Assembly: GCF_004010195.1 (NCBI RefSeq)
Contig: NC_057719.1
Location: forward strand, 21,156,418 to 21,220,417
From: Chiloscyllium plagiosum
Taxonomy: Eukaryota
Length of the DNA: 64,000 bases
Reading direction: 5' to 3'
Part shown: piece by piece, positions 1 to 12,759 of the stretch
How positions within the stretch are numbered: the first letter of the stretch is position 1
Layout of the letters: each line of letters starts with the position of its first letter
Made by a program: the position numbers and the translations under genes
The notes under the pieces: model-generated
Told to the model about the DNA's origin: nothing
Database searches by the model: none
What the model saw: the letters and a program-made list of their open reading frames with translations, nothing else

Positions 1-670
1 AGTGCAGGTTCATAGCTCCTTGAAAGTGGAGTCACAGGTAGATAGGATAGTGAAGAAGGCGTTTGGTATGCTTTCTTTTATTTATGGTCAGAGTATTGGT
101 CATGTTGCGGCTGTACAGTACATTGTTTAGGCCACTGTTGGAATATTGCATGCAATCCTGGTCTCCTTCCTATTGGAAAGATGTTGTGAAACTTGAAAGG
201 GTTGAGAAAATATTTACAAGGATGTTGCCAGGGTTGGAGGATTTGAGCTATAGGGAGAGGCTGAACAGGCTGGTGCTGTTTTCCCTGGAGAGTTGGAGGT
301 TGAGGGGTGACCTTATAGAGGTTGACAAAATCATGAGGGGCATGGATAGGATAAACAGGCAAAGTCTTTTCCCTGGGGTCGGAGAGTCCAGAACTAGAGG
401 GCAGAGGTTTAGGGTGAGGGGAAAGATATAAAAGAGACCTAAGGGGCAACTTTTTCACATAGAGGGCGGTACATGTGTGGATTGAGCTACCAGCGGAAGT
501 GGTGGAGGCTGGTATAATTGCAACATTTAAAAGGCATTTGGATGGATACATGAATAGGAAGGGTTTAGAGGGATATGGGCCGGGTGCTGGCAGATGGGAC
601 TAAATTGGTCGGCATGGATGGGTTGGACTGAAGGGTCTGTTTCCATGCTGTACATCTCTCTGACTCTAAG
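1..670 (+). mobile_element. CR1 LINE 3' fragment (end of ORF2 + 3' UTR)
   Basis: Translation RPLLEYCMQSWSP..LERV..FTRMLPGL..SYRERL..LRGDLIEV, typical CR1 ORF2 C-terminus; ends in TCTCTGACTCTA tail; same subfamily as 51766-52318. Confidence 0.9.
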
Positions 671-1777
671 TATGGCAAAACCCATCTATGCGAGATCTTT
701 CTGGTTTGGTGTATTTGTCTGAATGCAGTAATTGTGTTGTCTTGACCCAAAGCACCTTAATGAATTTCAGGCATGATATGACATCAAATTGTTTCCACAT
801 ACAGATTGTACTGCTATAACGTGTGTTTCATTATTGCGAATTTGCTGAAATGCGATTGACGAATTGGGGACACTGTTCCTAAAACACGAAGTTTTAAAGC
901 ATGTATTGGTTATAACGCAATTCCAGTCGCATTAGTTAAAATGGTACAACTATTACATGATTTTCTTCTAACATGGGATTGCATGAGAACGGAACTACTG
1001 CATTATAGAACATAGAACATAGACATAGAACAATACAGCACAGAACAGGTCCTTCGGCCCACGATGTCGTGCCGAACATTTGTCCTAGCTTAAGCACCCA
1101 TCCATGTACCTATCCAATTGCCCCTTAAAGGTCACCAAAGATTCTGACTCTACCACTCCCACAGGCAGCGCATTCTATGCCCCCACCACTCTCTGGGTAA
1201 AGAACCCACCTCTGACATCTCCCCTATACTTTCCACCCTTCACCTTAAATTTATGTCCCCTTGTAACACTCTGATTTTTTTTGATTTTTTTTTCCTTCGC
1301 TGGACTCCCTCAATAGGAAAAAAAATGAAAAAAAAAATCAGAGTGTTACAAGGGGACATAAATTTAAGGTGAAGGGTGGAAGGTATAGGAGAGATGTCAG
1401 AGGTGGATTCTTTACCCAGAGAGTGGTGGGGGCATGGAATGCGCTGCCTGTGGGAGTGGTAGAGTCAGAATCTTGTAATAGTAGTACCATTTTAACTAAT
1501 GCGACTGGAATTGCGTTATAACCAATACATGCTTTAAAACTTCGTGTTTTAGGAACAGTGTCCCCAATTCGTCAATCGCATTTCAGCAAATTCGCAATAA
1601 TAAAACACACGTTATAGCAGTGCAATCTGTATGTGGAAACAATTTGATGTCATATCATGCCTGAAATTCATTAAGGTGCTTTGGGTCGAGACAACACAAT
1701 TACTGCAGTCAGACAAATACACCAAACCAGAAAGATCTCGCATAGATGGGTTTTGCCATACTTAGAGTCATAGAGAT
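654..1777. repeat. Long inverted duplication: 654-957 and 1138-1296 versus 1315-1777
   Basis: Direct reverse-complement match with few mismatches; 18-nt spacer at 1297-1314. Confidence 0.95.
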
Positions 1778-1797
1778 TATAGCAGAACTGACTGCAA
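802..1797. mobile_element. Tc1/mariner (Tigger/pogo-like) MITE, split: 802-1008 and 1776-1797
   Basis: Ends CAG..TGCTATAA / TTATAGCAGAACTGACTG with TA on the left; colinear with the uninterrupted copy at 57858-58076. Confidence 0.6.
1009..1275 (-). mobile_element. CR1 3' end inserted into the MITE
   Basis: (AGAACAT)n tail followed by CR1 3' sequence; ATTATAG duplicated at 1002-1008 and 1776-1782. Confidence 0.8.
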
Positions 1798-2279
1798 TTG
1801 ATGTTGGTCCACAACACGTATTCATGCTTGTATCCATCTTCCAACAAGGCATCAATGGTATGGCCCTTTTACCCACCCAGAAGATCTCTCCAGAAAGCTT
1901 TGATTTTTGTTTTTGCCTTGTTTATTTTTCTTTCCCACAGTAACACAGTGGCTGTGGGGCCATCTAGCTCAGAGTCAGTCTCCTGAATTGAGATTTTTTT
2001 CTGATCTTCTAATGATTTTTTTTCTCTCTTTTGTTGTGTGCGTGTCCAGAAAGCTTTGATCGGAGTAGAGGTAACTACCAACTCAATTAGCCTCTCCATG
2101 TGTCTGTTTTCAGAGAAATCACATTCATGCCATTTGCAACAATTGCCAATAGAGTCATCAGGGGCTTTTGAGTGTACGAGATGAGCTAGAATCTGTTGAT
2201 CCAGAAGTTAATTTGTATTTTGAGCTGGTCTTTAAAGTACTCTCCAGATTTTCTCTGGATATTGTCTTGATATTTACAT

Positions 2280-2625
2280 TTTTTTTCTTTACTCCTTCCA
2301 GGGATGAGGACGTCTCTCGTTAGGCCAGCATTTATTGCCCATCCCTAAATGCCCAGAGGACAGTTAAGAGGCAAACACATGGCTGTTGATTTGGAATCAC
2401 ATGTAAATCAGATCAGGTAAGGATGAAGGTTTCCTTCCCTAAAGGACATTAGGGAACCAGATGGGTTTCTCTGACAATCAACAATGGATTCCTTGCCATC
2501 ATTAGACTCTAAATTTTGTTAAATTCAAATTCCACCATGGCAGGGTCTGAACTTGGATTTCCAGAACATTATCTGTCTCTTTGGATTAACAGTTCAGCGA
2601 TAATACCACGAGGCCATCACCTCCT
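2280..2625 (-). mobile_element. tRNA-derived SINE with a 3' tail shared with the old LINE at 20600-22660
   Basis: Reverse complement has an A-box-like head (GGCCTCGTGGTATTATCGC) and a GGGATGGGCAATAAATGCTGGCC tail; related copies at ~24020-24390, 42125-42700, 57780-58220. Confidence 0.7.
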
Positions 2626-3944
2626 ATTTATTCAGCAAAGTCCCTCCTTGTGGATAGCAGGTAAAATTTTAAGAGAGCTCTGTCAGGAAATCTCTTATGA
2701 CCTTATCTACAAAGTAAAGCAGCATTATATACTTAAAACCGTACTTTGGTAGTCATGAGTTACCTAACCTTTAGTCAAATTTTTGCCTGACATTTCTTAG
2801 TACAGGTCTATGGTGTTTTGTTTTCTTGAAATAGAATGCAGAATTTGTTGGTTTGCTGTTCTGCCTTTTTATTTCTTCGTTTTTTACTTCTGTTTCACTT
2901 TCTTTTCCACGGCTATGGCCTTTTCAAGACGTTTTGCTGAGTGTGCATTCGTGTCATTAACACAATTTGGCGTTAGAGAAAGTTTGCACCACATCACATG
3001 AACTTTGGTACCAACTTGAAGAAAACAAAATTGTGGAACCAACAGATCACTGCACTTAGCAAAACTGCGCATGGGAGAAAATCATGTTTTTTTGTGCTTG
3101 AGTGGTGTTTCTTTGAATAGGAGGACTGTATAGTTAAAGTGAGAGTATGCTTTGACTGTTGATGTTATTTTGAAGCTTATGAGATGTATTTTAGCTGACA
3201 ATTTTGTTTTTAAACCTGCAAGAAGCTTTTTGCCAGCTGTGGATTTCAAGTCTAGAAGTTGGCTGAAACTTTTTCTTGTAATAGGGCTTGGTAGGTCTTG
3301 AACTTCAAGTAGAAGGTAAGAAGGTAATTCTGACTCTTGTTTATTTAAAATGGACATCTGTACTTACGTAAACACGTTGTCATTAGTTGTCCAAATGCTT
3401 CACAATCTTGTGCTGTATCGTCTTCAGCGAATGTTATTTTATAAACAATTTGCTGACTATTGCATTGTTACCATAAAATGGTTATGATCTGTCACTATTA
3501 TGCTGTGATACTTAACTTAGCTTCTGTAACATAAGGATGACATGTGGATCATGTACTGCTGAAAATGCAACAAACCTTTATGATAGCATCTGGTATCCAC
3601 ATATGCACATTACAATCACAGGCACTTGTGTCTTTTAGGTCAAGTTAATCAAGATGATTGTACTGCAGCATGCTTCCCTCAGCTTGCCATGTCCCAAGAG
3701 GATGGAGAACAGTAAATAGAGACTGCAAGTTATATATCATCCGATCACGTGATGACATCATCAGCATGTCCCTTAAAGATGTATTGCACATCTGCTATGA
3801 AGAATAACCGAAACACAAAGTTACTGAGCTGCAAGTAAATAATGTCAATCTTGGCTCAGAAGTCATCTACTTGCCTCTGTCACCAAGTTGCTCATTTAAA
3901 CTTCAACTTTAGCATGTAGCCTATATTAATTCGTAAATGCAAAA

Positions 3945-4662
3945 CTTACGCCCACACCTCCCCCCTCACTTCCCTCCAAGGCCCCAAGGGATCCTTCCAT
4001 ATCCGTCACAAATTCACCTGCACCTCCACACACATCATTTACTGCATCCGCTGCACCCGATGTGGCCTCCTCTACATTAGGGAGACAGGCCACCTACTTA
4101 CGGAACGTTTCAGAGAACACCTCTGGGGCACCCGCACCAACCCAACCGCCCCGTGGCTGAACACTTTAACTCCCCCTCCCACTCAGCCAAGGACATGCAG
4201 GTCCTTGGCCTCCTCCATCGCCAGACCATGGCAACACGACGACTGGAGAAAGAGCGCCTCATCTTCCGCCTAGGAACCCTCCAACCACAAGGGATGAATG
4301 CAGATTTCTCCAGCTTCCTCATTTCCCCTTCCCCCACCTTGTCTCAGTCCCAACCCTCGGACTCAGCACCGCCTTCGTGACCTGCAATCTTCTTCCCGAC
4401 CTCTCCGCCCCCACCCCCTCTCCGGCCTATCATCCTCAACTTAACCTCTTTCCACCTATCGTATTCCCAACGCCCCTCCCCCAAGTACCTCCTCCCTACC
4501 TTTTATCTTAGCCTGCTTGGCACACCTTCCTCATTCCTGAAGAAGGGCTTATGCCCGAAACATCGATTATCCTGCTCCTTGGATGCTGCCTGACCTGCTG
4601 CGCTTTTCCAGCAACACATTTTTCAGCTCTGATCTCCAGCATCTGCAGTCCTCACATTCTCC
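3945..4662 (+). mobile_element. Penelope-like element family A, 3' part (GIY-YIG endonuclease + pLTR)
   Basis: Reads FTCTSTHIIYCIRCTRCGLLYIRETGHLLTERFREH then VAEHFNSPSHS..ERLIFRLGTLQPQGMN; 3' region carries a hammerhead motif. Confidence 0.85.
4533..4568 (+). ncRNA. Minimal hammerhead ribozyme motif (family A)
   Basis: CTGAAGA-A-GGGC(TTAT)GCCC-GAAA-CATC; consensus GAAACGTC in other copies. Confidence 0.65.
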
Positions 4663-5045
4663 TGCTACATTTCCTACACTACATGATGTAATGTATTTTG
4701 GAACATCCAGACATCATGCTAAATGAATGTGAGTTCTTTATTTTTCTCTTTTTTTAAGTATGAAGTCCACGTTATGCCTTCAATCATTTTTGAATCATTG
4801 TCAATAGTTTACATTGTGTTCAGATTCCTAATAAAGAAGACAAAAACCTGTTTTTCAACCATATGGCATTATACATTATACTTCTGAAGCAACTAAACAA
4901 ATATACCAGAACTGAAAGGTTATACCTATCAGAGAGCAAAACAAAAAAATGAACGAAGGGCTTTTAACTTGCAAAATGGCTGAGAAGTTATCTGATGATG
5001 GTGTTTAAGATTATGGAACTGTTTTGAGAGCAAAGATGTTAGAAA

Positions 5046-5347
5046 GGTTAGATTAGATTACATTACAGTGTGGAAACAGGCCCTTTGGCCCAACAAGTCT
5101 ACACCGACCCGCCGAAGCGTAACCCACCCATACCCCTAACCTAACACTACAGGCAATTTAGCATGGCCAATTCACCTAACCTGCACATCTTTGGACTGTG
5201 GGAGGAAACCGGAGCACCCGGAGGAAACCCACGCAGACACGGGGAGAACGTGCAAACTCCACACAGTCAGTCGCCTGAGGCGGGAATTGAACCCGGGTCT
5301 CTGGCGCTGTGAGGCAGCAGTGCTAACCACTGTGCCACCATGCCCCC
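5046..5347 (-). mobile_element. HE1-type V-SINE
   Basis: tRNA head GGTGGCACAGTGGTTAGCAC..GGTTCAATTCC, V-domain GGAGTTTGCACGTTCTCCCCGTGTCTGCGTGGGTTTCC, (TAATC)n tail; AAGATGTT repeated on both flanks. Confidence 0.9.
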
Positions 5348-5409
5348 CACTAAGATGTTTCTACTTAATGGGAGAGAGCCACACCAAAAATATAACAGTC
5401 ACCAGAAGA

Positions 5410-5780
5410 TATTAGAGCAGATTTGGGCCATTAAGGCCTCTTCTCAAACTACTTTCCTGCCTCCCTCCTGTAACCCTTGATCTCCGTACCAATAAAAAAC
5501 CCACCTAACTTTGTCTTAATGCACTCAAAGACTTGGCTTCTACAGCCCTCTGTGGCAATGAGTTCCACAGATTCATCATATTCTACCTGAAGAAATTTAT
5601 CATCATCTCAGTTCCAAAGGGTCATCCCTTCATTCTGAGGCTGTGCCCTCAGATCCTAGTCTCTCCTACTACAGGAAACATCTCCATATCCACTCTATCA
5701 TATTCTATAAGTTTCAATGAGATTCCTCATCATCCTTCTTAATACCATTGAGTAATGACCCAGAGTCCTCAACCGCTCCT
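5410..5780 (-). mobile_element. Degenerate CR1 3' fragment
   Basis: Reverse complement resembles the CR1 3' end (GHSLRMKG..MNLWNSLPQRAVEA). Confidence 0.7.
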
Positions 5781-6714
5781 TAGTAATTCTAATAGGGAAT
5801 TCAGGTGAAACTTTTTAAATCAAGAGTGTGGCATTATTGGGGTCAAATGGTGTGATTGCATGTACAATAAATATGTAATAACAGTACCATTAGATTTTTA
5901 AAACAGAATCAGAAATAAAAACATAGTTTATTTTATTTTTTCCTAATTTGATTAATAATATCTCCAAAGCTTGCTGAAAATGAATTGATTTTGTTTTGAA
6001 AACAATACTAAAATTCGATTTGTAGATCTCTTGAGTAAAAAGGATATGTCTTTTTAAGTTTTAATTGTGGCAATTTACAGTTGCTTTTATGTATTTCGCC
6101 TGATGAGATTACTAAAATATGAAAATCTATGATCAGCTGGAGAATTTGTCTGTGAATAAACACTTTCACATAAACTAGATTTCATTTGCCACAATAGGGT
6201 TCTATTTCACAGTGAGTGCTGACTGGAACTTATTGTCTCCAGTTTGATGAACTGAGAGAATTCTGCAGAAAATGTGCTCATTTAAAAGATAATATTGAAA
6301 TGATAATGAACAAGAGGTGTTTGGGGAAAATCAGCTAGAGTGCATGTAAAGGAGGTTCCTCTAAAAGATTTCGGATGGTATGATATTTGAGGTGACTTCA
6401 TATGTTTTTGAAAAAACTGCTTTTGGACGAGAGTATATATTCCTTCACAATAGTTCAAATGATTTTGATAGTTGTATTGTGGCACAAGATATTAATATAA
6501 TTTGTCTCACAGGAGTCAATATACTATTGTGGGGTGTTAAATTTACTACCAAACTTGACACTGGCAGCTTGTGAAGTCTGGACTTGTTACAGTACCATTT
6601 TGGAGATTTTTAGTTTAAATTAAAATGGAACAGACAATATTTTACTCTAGTGATAAAACTAGTTACAATATCTGGACCATCAGTGCAGTCTAGCAATTCT
6701 TGAACTGCTGAATG

Positions 6715-7030
6715 TACTGTGGTTTGAATGAGAGCTTAAATCAGGCTCCCATTTGTCCTCTCAGTTGAATGCAATAGATTCATGGCACCATTTTTAAGAA
6801 AAGAGCGAGTTTTCCTAATGTCTGAGATAATATCCACCTCTCAATCTACATTATGAGAAACAAAGCCTATTAAATGGTTATTAGATCATTGCTTCCTGTG
6901 AGAGCTTGCTGCACGTAGATCAATTGTCACTTTTCCTACATTGTGACCATATTTCAGAAAGTGCTCAATTGGCTTTCAAGAACTTTGGAACATCTTGAGG
7001 ACACAAAAAGTGCTATAATATATCTAAAAT
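6715..7030 (+). mobile_element. Degenerate Deu-domain SINE (SacSINE1/AmnSINE1-like)
   Basis: Motifs CATGGCACCATTTT..GAGCTTGCTG..TTTCCTACATT..GCTATA in the expected order, compared from memory. Confidence 0.5.
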
Positions 7031-7615
7031 CATTCTTATTCTGAAGAAGAGTCATATTGAACTTGGAACAATAACTTTGCTTCACTCCTTATAGATATTG
7101 CCAGATTCTCCCAAATTTTAGACCATAAGACATAGAAACAGAAATTAAGCCATTCAGCCATTGGGTCTGCTCCGCCATTTTCTAATTTTATTTCAGATTT
7201 CCAATATCTGTAGCATTTTGTTTTATTGTCTTTTCTCTTTACAGACATCAACTGTAAAAGTGAGTATAAATACTCACCCCTTGACACGAACGGTCATTTG
7301 AGTGGGAGTAGCGTCGAAGTAAAAGCGAACCCGGGAGACTACAGCAAAGGTAAGACAGTTTGTTTTAAAGTTGCTTACCTGTAGCGGGCAGTGGTGTGTT
7401 TTTTTTAACTCTCTCTCCACAGAAAGAGCGGGAGCAGCAGAGGAAGTGACGGCAAGCAGAGGGGCAGCCGGGAAGGAAAAGTGAGTATATAAGTCAGGAA
7501 GACTTGTGTATACATCAAGTCCTTATTTAGGGTACAAAAAACTATAGCAGAGAGGTATCAGAAGGTATTCTAACTCATACTTGTACAAAGTAAGTAATTA
7601 ACTAACTAAGCAGAA

Positions 7616-8569
7616 ATGGCTGGGCAGGTGATATGTTGTTGCTGTATGATGTGGGAGCTGGCTGATCCCATTGTGAACGGCAGTGACCACATCTGCAGCA
7701 AGTGTTGGTTGCTGGAAGAACTCCGGATCAGAGTTGATGATCTGGAATCTGAGCTTCAAACACTACGGCACATCCGGGAGGGGGAGAGTTACCTGGACAC
7801 TTTGTTTCAGGAGGCAGTCACACCTGGGAGATTAAGTAATTCACATCCAGTTAGTGATCGGGGACATCAGAATGTGACTGTAAGTGAGGCAGGTAGGAGG
7901 AACCGGAGTTCAGGAGTGGAGGAGCCTCAGCCCTTGACCTTGTCCAACAGGTACGAGATTCTTGCTCCCTGTACAGATGAGGAAAAGGGCTCTGGACAGG
8001 AAGAGCCAACTGACCAAGGCACCATGGTCCAGAAGGCCATTCAAGAGGGGGGAGCTAATAGACAAGTAGTGGTTATAGGGGATCCTATAATTAGGGGGAC
8101 AGATAGTATCCTTGGCAAGCCGGATCTGGAGTCTCGCATGGTGTGTTGCCTGCCCAGTGCCAGGGGGCGAGACATCTCCGACCGGCTTGAAAGGATATTG
8201 GAGCGGGAGGGGGAGGATCCAGTTGTTGTGGTCCACGTTGGTACCAACAACATAGGCAAGACTAGGGTGGAGGACCTGTTTGGGCATTACGAAGCACTAG
8301 GCAGGAAATTGAAGCACAGGTCCTCAAGGGTCATAACCTCCGGATTACTGCCCGAGCCACGTGCCAATTGGCATAGGGACAAGAAAATTAGGCAAATAAA
8401 CACGTGGCTAAGGGATTGGTGTGGGAAAGAGGGATTCCACTTCATGGGGCATCAGTTATGGAACAGGGGGGATCTGTACCGTTGGGACGGCCTCCACCTG
8501 AACCGATCAGGTACCAATATTCTAGCGAAGAGGATAAATAGGATGGTCAGTAGGACTTTAAACTTCTGA
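7616..8569 (+). CDS. CR1 ORF1p: zinc finger/leucine zipper + SGNH (GDSL) esterase domain
   Basis: Cxx[20 protein letters not shown]; esterase blocks [20 protein letters not shown]. Confidence 0.9.
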   Translation: MAGQVICCCCMMWELADPIVNGSDHICSKCWLLEELRIRVDDLESELQTLRHIREGESYLDTLFQEAVTPGRLSNSHPVSDRGHQNVTVSEAGRRNRSSGVEEPQPLTLSNRYEILAPCTDEEKGSGQEEPTDQGTMVQKAIQEGGANRQVVVIGDPIIRGTDSILGKPDLESRMVCCLPSARGRDISDRLERILEREGEDPVVVVHVGTNNIGKTRVEDLFGHYEALGRKLKHRSSRVITSGLLPEPRANWHRDKKIRQINTWLRDWCGKEGFHFMGHQLWNRGDLYRWDGLHLNRSGTNILAKRINRMVSRTLNF

Positions 8570-8586
8570 GTTGGGGGGAAGGGAAA

Positions 8587-11500
8587 GTGAAAGCAACAGG
8601 GAGTATGGAGGTAAATGGCAAGATAAGCAGCAGGATAGAATGTTTCCAGGCGGATTTAAAATTGAGGCAGACCGAGAATGCAGTAAAAAGCAAGGATAAC
8701 TTAGGACATATGACTTCCAACATCTCTAATGATAAGGAAGTTAGCATTAAGGCACTTTACCTGAATGCTCGTACCATACATAACAAAGCCGATGAACTAA
8801 TGGCACAGATAATAGTGAATGATTATGATGTAGTAGGCATCACAGAGACTTGGTTACAGGGGGGTCAGGACTGGCAGTTAAACCTCCATGGTCTTTCAAC
8901 TTATCGAAAAGACAGAGAGGTGGGCAGAGGGGGTGGGGTTGCCTTGTTAGTTAAGAACAAAATTAAATCTATGATATTGAATGACATAGCGTCGGATGAT
9001 GTGGAGTCTGTGTGGGTGGAATTGAGGAACCACAAAGGCAAAAAAAACAGAATTGGAGTTGTGTATAGACCTCCTAACAGTGGTCAGGACCAGGGACATA
9101 ACATGTACCGGGAAATAGAGAAGGCATGTCAGAAAGGCAAGGTTACATTGATCATGGGAGACTTCAATAGGCAGGTGGACTGGGTAAATAATGTTGTTAG
9201 TGGATCTAAAGAAAGGGAATTCATGGAATGCTTACAGGATGGATTTTTGGAACAGCTTGTCATGGAGCCCACAAGAGAGCAGGCTATTCTGGACCTAGTG
9301 CTTTGCAATGAACCAGACTCTATAAAAGATCTTAAAGTAAGGGAACCCTTAGGAAGTAACGACCATAATATGATAGAGTTCAGTCTGGAGTTTGAAAGGG
9401 AGAAGGCAAAATCGGATGCAATGGTGTTACAGTTGAATAAAGGTAATTATGAGGGCATGAGAGAGGAACTGACTAAAATAGACTGGAAGCAGAGGCTAAC
9501 CGGGAAGACAGTAGAGCAAAAATGGCAGGAGTTTGTAGGTATAATTGAGGACACTGTACAGAGGTTCATTCCCAAGAAAAGAAAGATTAACCGGGGAGGG
9601 ATTAGACAACCTTGGCTGACAAAGGAAGTCAGGAAATGTATTAAAGAAAAAGAGAGATCCTATAAAGTGGCTAAGAACAGTGGGAAATCAGAACATTGGG
9701 AAGGATACAAAAGCAAACAGAGGATAACAAAGAGTGTAATAAGAAATGAGAGGATCAAATATGAAGGTAGGCTAGCCAATAATATTAGAAATAATAGTAA
9801 AAGTTTCTTTCAGTACATAAGAAACAAACGACAGGCAAAAGTAGACATTGGGCCACTTCAAACTGATGCAGGAAGCCGAGTGATGGGAGATAAGGAAATA
9901 GCAGGAGAACTTAACAAATACTTTGCGTCAGTCTCCACAGTGGAAGACATGAGTAATATCCCAAAAATTAAAGGGTGTCACGGGGCTGAGTTGAGTATGG
10001 TTGCCATTACGAAAGAGACAGTGCTAGAAAAGTTAAAAAGTCTTAAAATTGATAAATCTCCTGGCCCCGATGGGATACACCCTAGAGTTCTGAGAGAGGT
10101 GGCTGAGGAAATAGCAGAGGCATTGGTTGAGATCTTTCAAGAGTCACTGGAGTCAGGAAAGGTCCCAGATGATTGGAAGATGGCTGTTGTAACCCCCTTG
10201 TTCAAGAAAGAATCAAGGCAAAAGATGGAAAATTATAGGCCAATCAGCTTAACCTCGGTTGCTTGTAAAATACTAGAATCTATCATTAAGGATGAGGTTT
10301 CTAAATTCTTGGAAGAGCAGAGTCTGATTAGAACAAGTCAACATGGATGTAGTAAAGGGAGGTCATGCCTGACAAACCTGTTGGAATTTTTTGAAGAGGT
10401 AACAAATAGGTTAGACCAGGGAAACCCAGTGGATGTGGTCTATCTAAACTTTCAAAAGGCCTTTGATAAGGTGCCACACGAGAGGCTGTTGAGCAAGGTG
10501 AGGGCCCATGGTGTTCGAGGTGAGCTGCTGGGATGGATTGAGGATTGGCTGTCTAACAGAAGGCAGAGAGTTGGGATAAAAGGTTCTTTTTCAGAATGGC
10601 AGCCAGTGACGAGCGGTGTCCCGCAGGGTTCGGTGCTGGGGCCACAGCTGTTCGCAATATATATTAATGATTTGGATGAGGGAACCGGGGGCATTCTAGC
10701 GAAGATTGCCGATGATACGAAGTGAGGTGGACAGGCAGGTAGTACTGAGGAAGTGGGGAGGATACAGAAGGATCTAGACAGGTTGGGAGAGTGGTCCAGG
10801 AAATGGCTGATGGAATTTAACGTGAGCAAGTGCGAGGTCTTGCACTTTGGCAAAAAGAATAAAAACATAGACTACTTTCTAAANNNNNNNNNNNNNNNNN
10901 NNNNNNNNNNNNNNNNNNNNNNNNNNNNNNNNNNNNNNNNNNNNNNNNNNNNNNNNNNNNNNNNNNNNNNNNNNNNNNNNNNNNNNNNNNNNNNNNNNNN
11001 NNNNNNNNNNNNNNNNNNNNNNNNNNNNNNNNNNNNNNNNNNNNNNNNNNNNNNNNNNNNNNNNNNNNNGGGAGGCTGCAGAAGGATCTAGACAGTTTGG
11101 GAGAGTGGTCCAGGAAATGGCTGATGGAATTTAACATGAGCAAGTGCGAGGTCTTGGTGAGAAAATTAATAAAGCCAAAGCACAAAGGGATCTGGGAGTG
11201 CTAGTTGAGGATTCTCTAAAGGTAAACATGCAGGTTGAGTCCGTGATTAAGAAAGCGAATGCAGTGTTGTCTCTTATCTCAAGAGGGTTGGAATATAAAG
11301 CAGAGATGTACTACTAAGACTTTATAAAGCTCTGGTTAGGCCCCATTTGGAGTACTGTGTCCAGTTTTGGTCCCCACACCTCAGGAAGGACATACTGGCA
11401 CTGGAACGTGTCCAGCGGAGGTTCACACGGATGATCCCTGGAATGACAGGTCTAACATATGAGGAACGGCTGAGGATACTGGGATTGTATTCGTTGGAGT

Positions 11501-11814
11501 TTAGAAGATTAAGGGGAGACTTAATAGAGACGTACAAAATAATACATGGTTTGGAAAAGGTGGATGCTAGGAAATTGTTTCCGTTAGACGAGGAGACTAG
11601 GACCCGTGGACACAGCCTTAGAATTAGAGGGGGTCATTTCAGAACAGAAATGCGGAGACATTTCTTCAGCCAGAGAGTGGTGGGCCTGTGGAATTCATTG
11701 CCACGGAGTGCAGTGGAAGCCGGGACGCTAAATGTTTTCAAGGCCGAGATTGATAGATTCTTGTTGTCTAGAGGAATTAAGGGCTACGGGGAGAACGCTG
11801 GTAAGTGGAGCTGA
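8587..11814 (+). pseudogene. CR1 ORF2 (APE endonuclease + reverse transcriptase), premature stop at 10723-10725
   Basis: YLNAR, GITETWL, GDFN, LDLVL, NDH (APE); [34 protein letters not shown] (RT); C-terminus continues at 11347-11814. Confidence 0.9.
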
Positions 11815-11964
11815 AATGCGCATCAGCCATGATTGAATGGCGGAGTGGACTCGATGGGCCGAATGGCCTTACTTCCACTCCTATGTCTTATGGTCTAACT
11901 GCTGTGCTGAGATGTATTCCCAGATTTGTAGCTTGTGCTAAACTACCACAATTGTGCCACAATT

Positions 11965-12327
11965 TACAAAATTAAATATCACACAACACCAGGTTATAAT
12001 CCAACAGGTTTATTCGGAAGCACTAGCTTTCGAAGCGCTGCTTCTTCATCAGGTGGTTGTGAAGCAGGACCATAAGACACAGAATTTATAACAAAAGATT
12101 ACAATGATACAATGATATCTTGAACAAATGTAGATAGTTCCCAATCTATCAATGTATCATTGTATCACTGTAATCTTTTGCCATAAATTCTGTGTCTAAT
12201 GGTCCTGCTTCAAAACCACCTGATGAAAGAAAAGCCAGTGCTTCAGAATAAACCTGTTGGACTATAACCTGGTGTTGCGTGATTTTTAACTTTGTCCACC
12301 ATATTCCAAAACCAGCTCCGCCAAATC
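11965..12327. mobile_element. Palindromic PLE family B mini-insertion
   Basis: Inverted arms ~11965-12119 / 12146-12297 matching the pLTR of the PLE at 43880-46133; TSD CACAAT(T/C)TACAA. Confidence 0.85.
12021..12055 (-). ncRNA. Minimal hammerhead ribozyme motif (family B), intact core
   Basis: Minus strand CAC-CTGATGA-A-GAAGC(AGC)GCTTC-GAAA-GCTA-GTG. Confidence 0.75.
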
Positions 12328-12562
12328 ACAATCTACAACTTCCTATCGACTAGTCTGCACCTTTGTAGAAACTCACAAATCAGATTTCATTGGGAAGTTC
12401 CATGAAACTTCAGTCACCAATCCAATGAGCTATTGTATGTACTATGAGTAGTCACTCAGCTCAAAGCTTTCTAATTGTTCAGCATGCTGTGCTTTTATAG
12501 AACACTAATTTGGGAGGTTGTGGCATAGTGGTAATGTCGTTAGACTAGTAATCTAGAACGAG

Positions 12563-12688
12563 AGAAAATGAAGACTGCAGATGCTGGAGAGGAGAGTCGA
12601 GAGTGTGGTGCTGAAAAAGCACAGCAGGTCAGGCAGCATCCGAGGAGCAGGAGAATCGACATTTCGGGCAAGAGCCCTTCATTGGAAT
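12563..12688 (-). mobile_element. PLE family A 3' end fragment
   Basis: Matches the reverse complement of 4540-4660. Confidence 0.8.
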
Positions 12689-12759
12689 CACAATCTAATG
12701 CTCAACTCAGCAGAATGTTCTATTGTCAGCATCGCAGTGAGGCAGTCTGGGAAAAAAGT

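Larger units (their letters stand above)
7245..11897 (+). mobile_element. Near-full-length CR1 LINE (5' UTR, ORF1, ORF2, 3' UTR); assembly gap at 10884-11069
   Basis: Two tandem ORFs with CR1 domains; 3' tail CCTATGTCTTATGGTCT. Confidence 0.95.

Noticed and set aside
3745..3762. Adjacent E-box and CRE-like motif TCACGTGATGACATCA
   Set aside because: Short motifs alone cannot establish a regulatory element; needs conservation or chromatin data.
10755..11160. Direct duplication of ~85 bp of CR1 ORF2 on either side of the N gap
   Set aside because: Abuts an assembly gap and the right side lacks ~50 bp present on the left; most likely a scaffolding join of reads from different CR1 copies.
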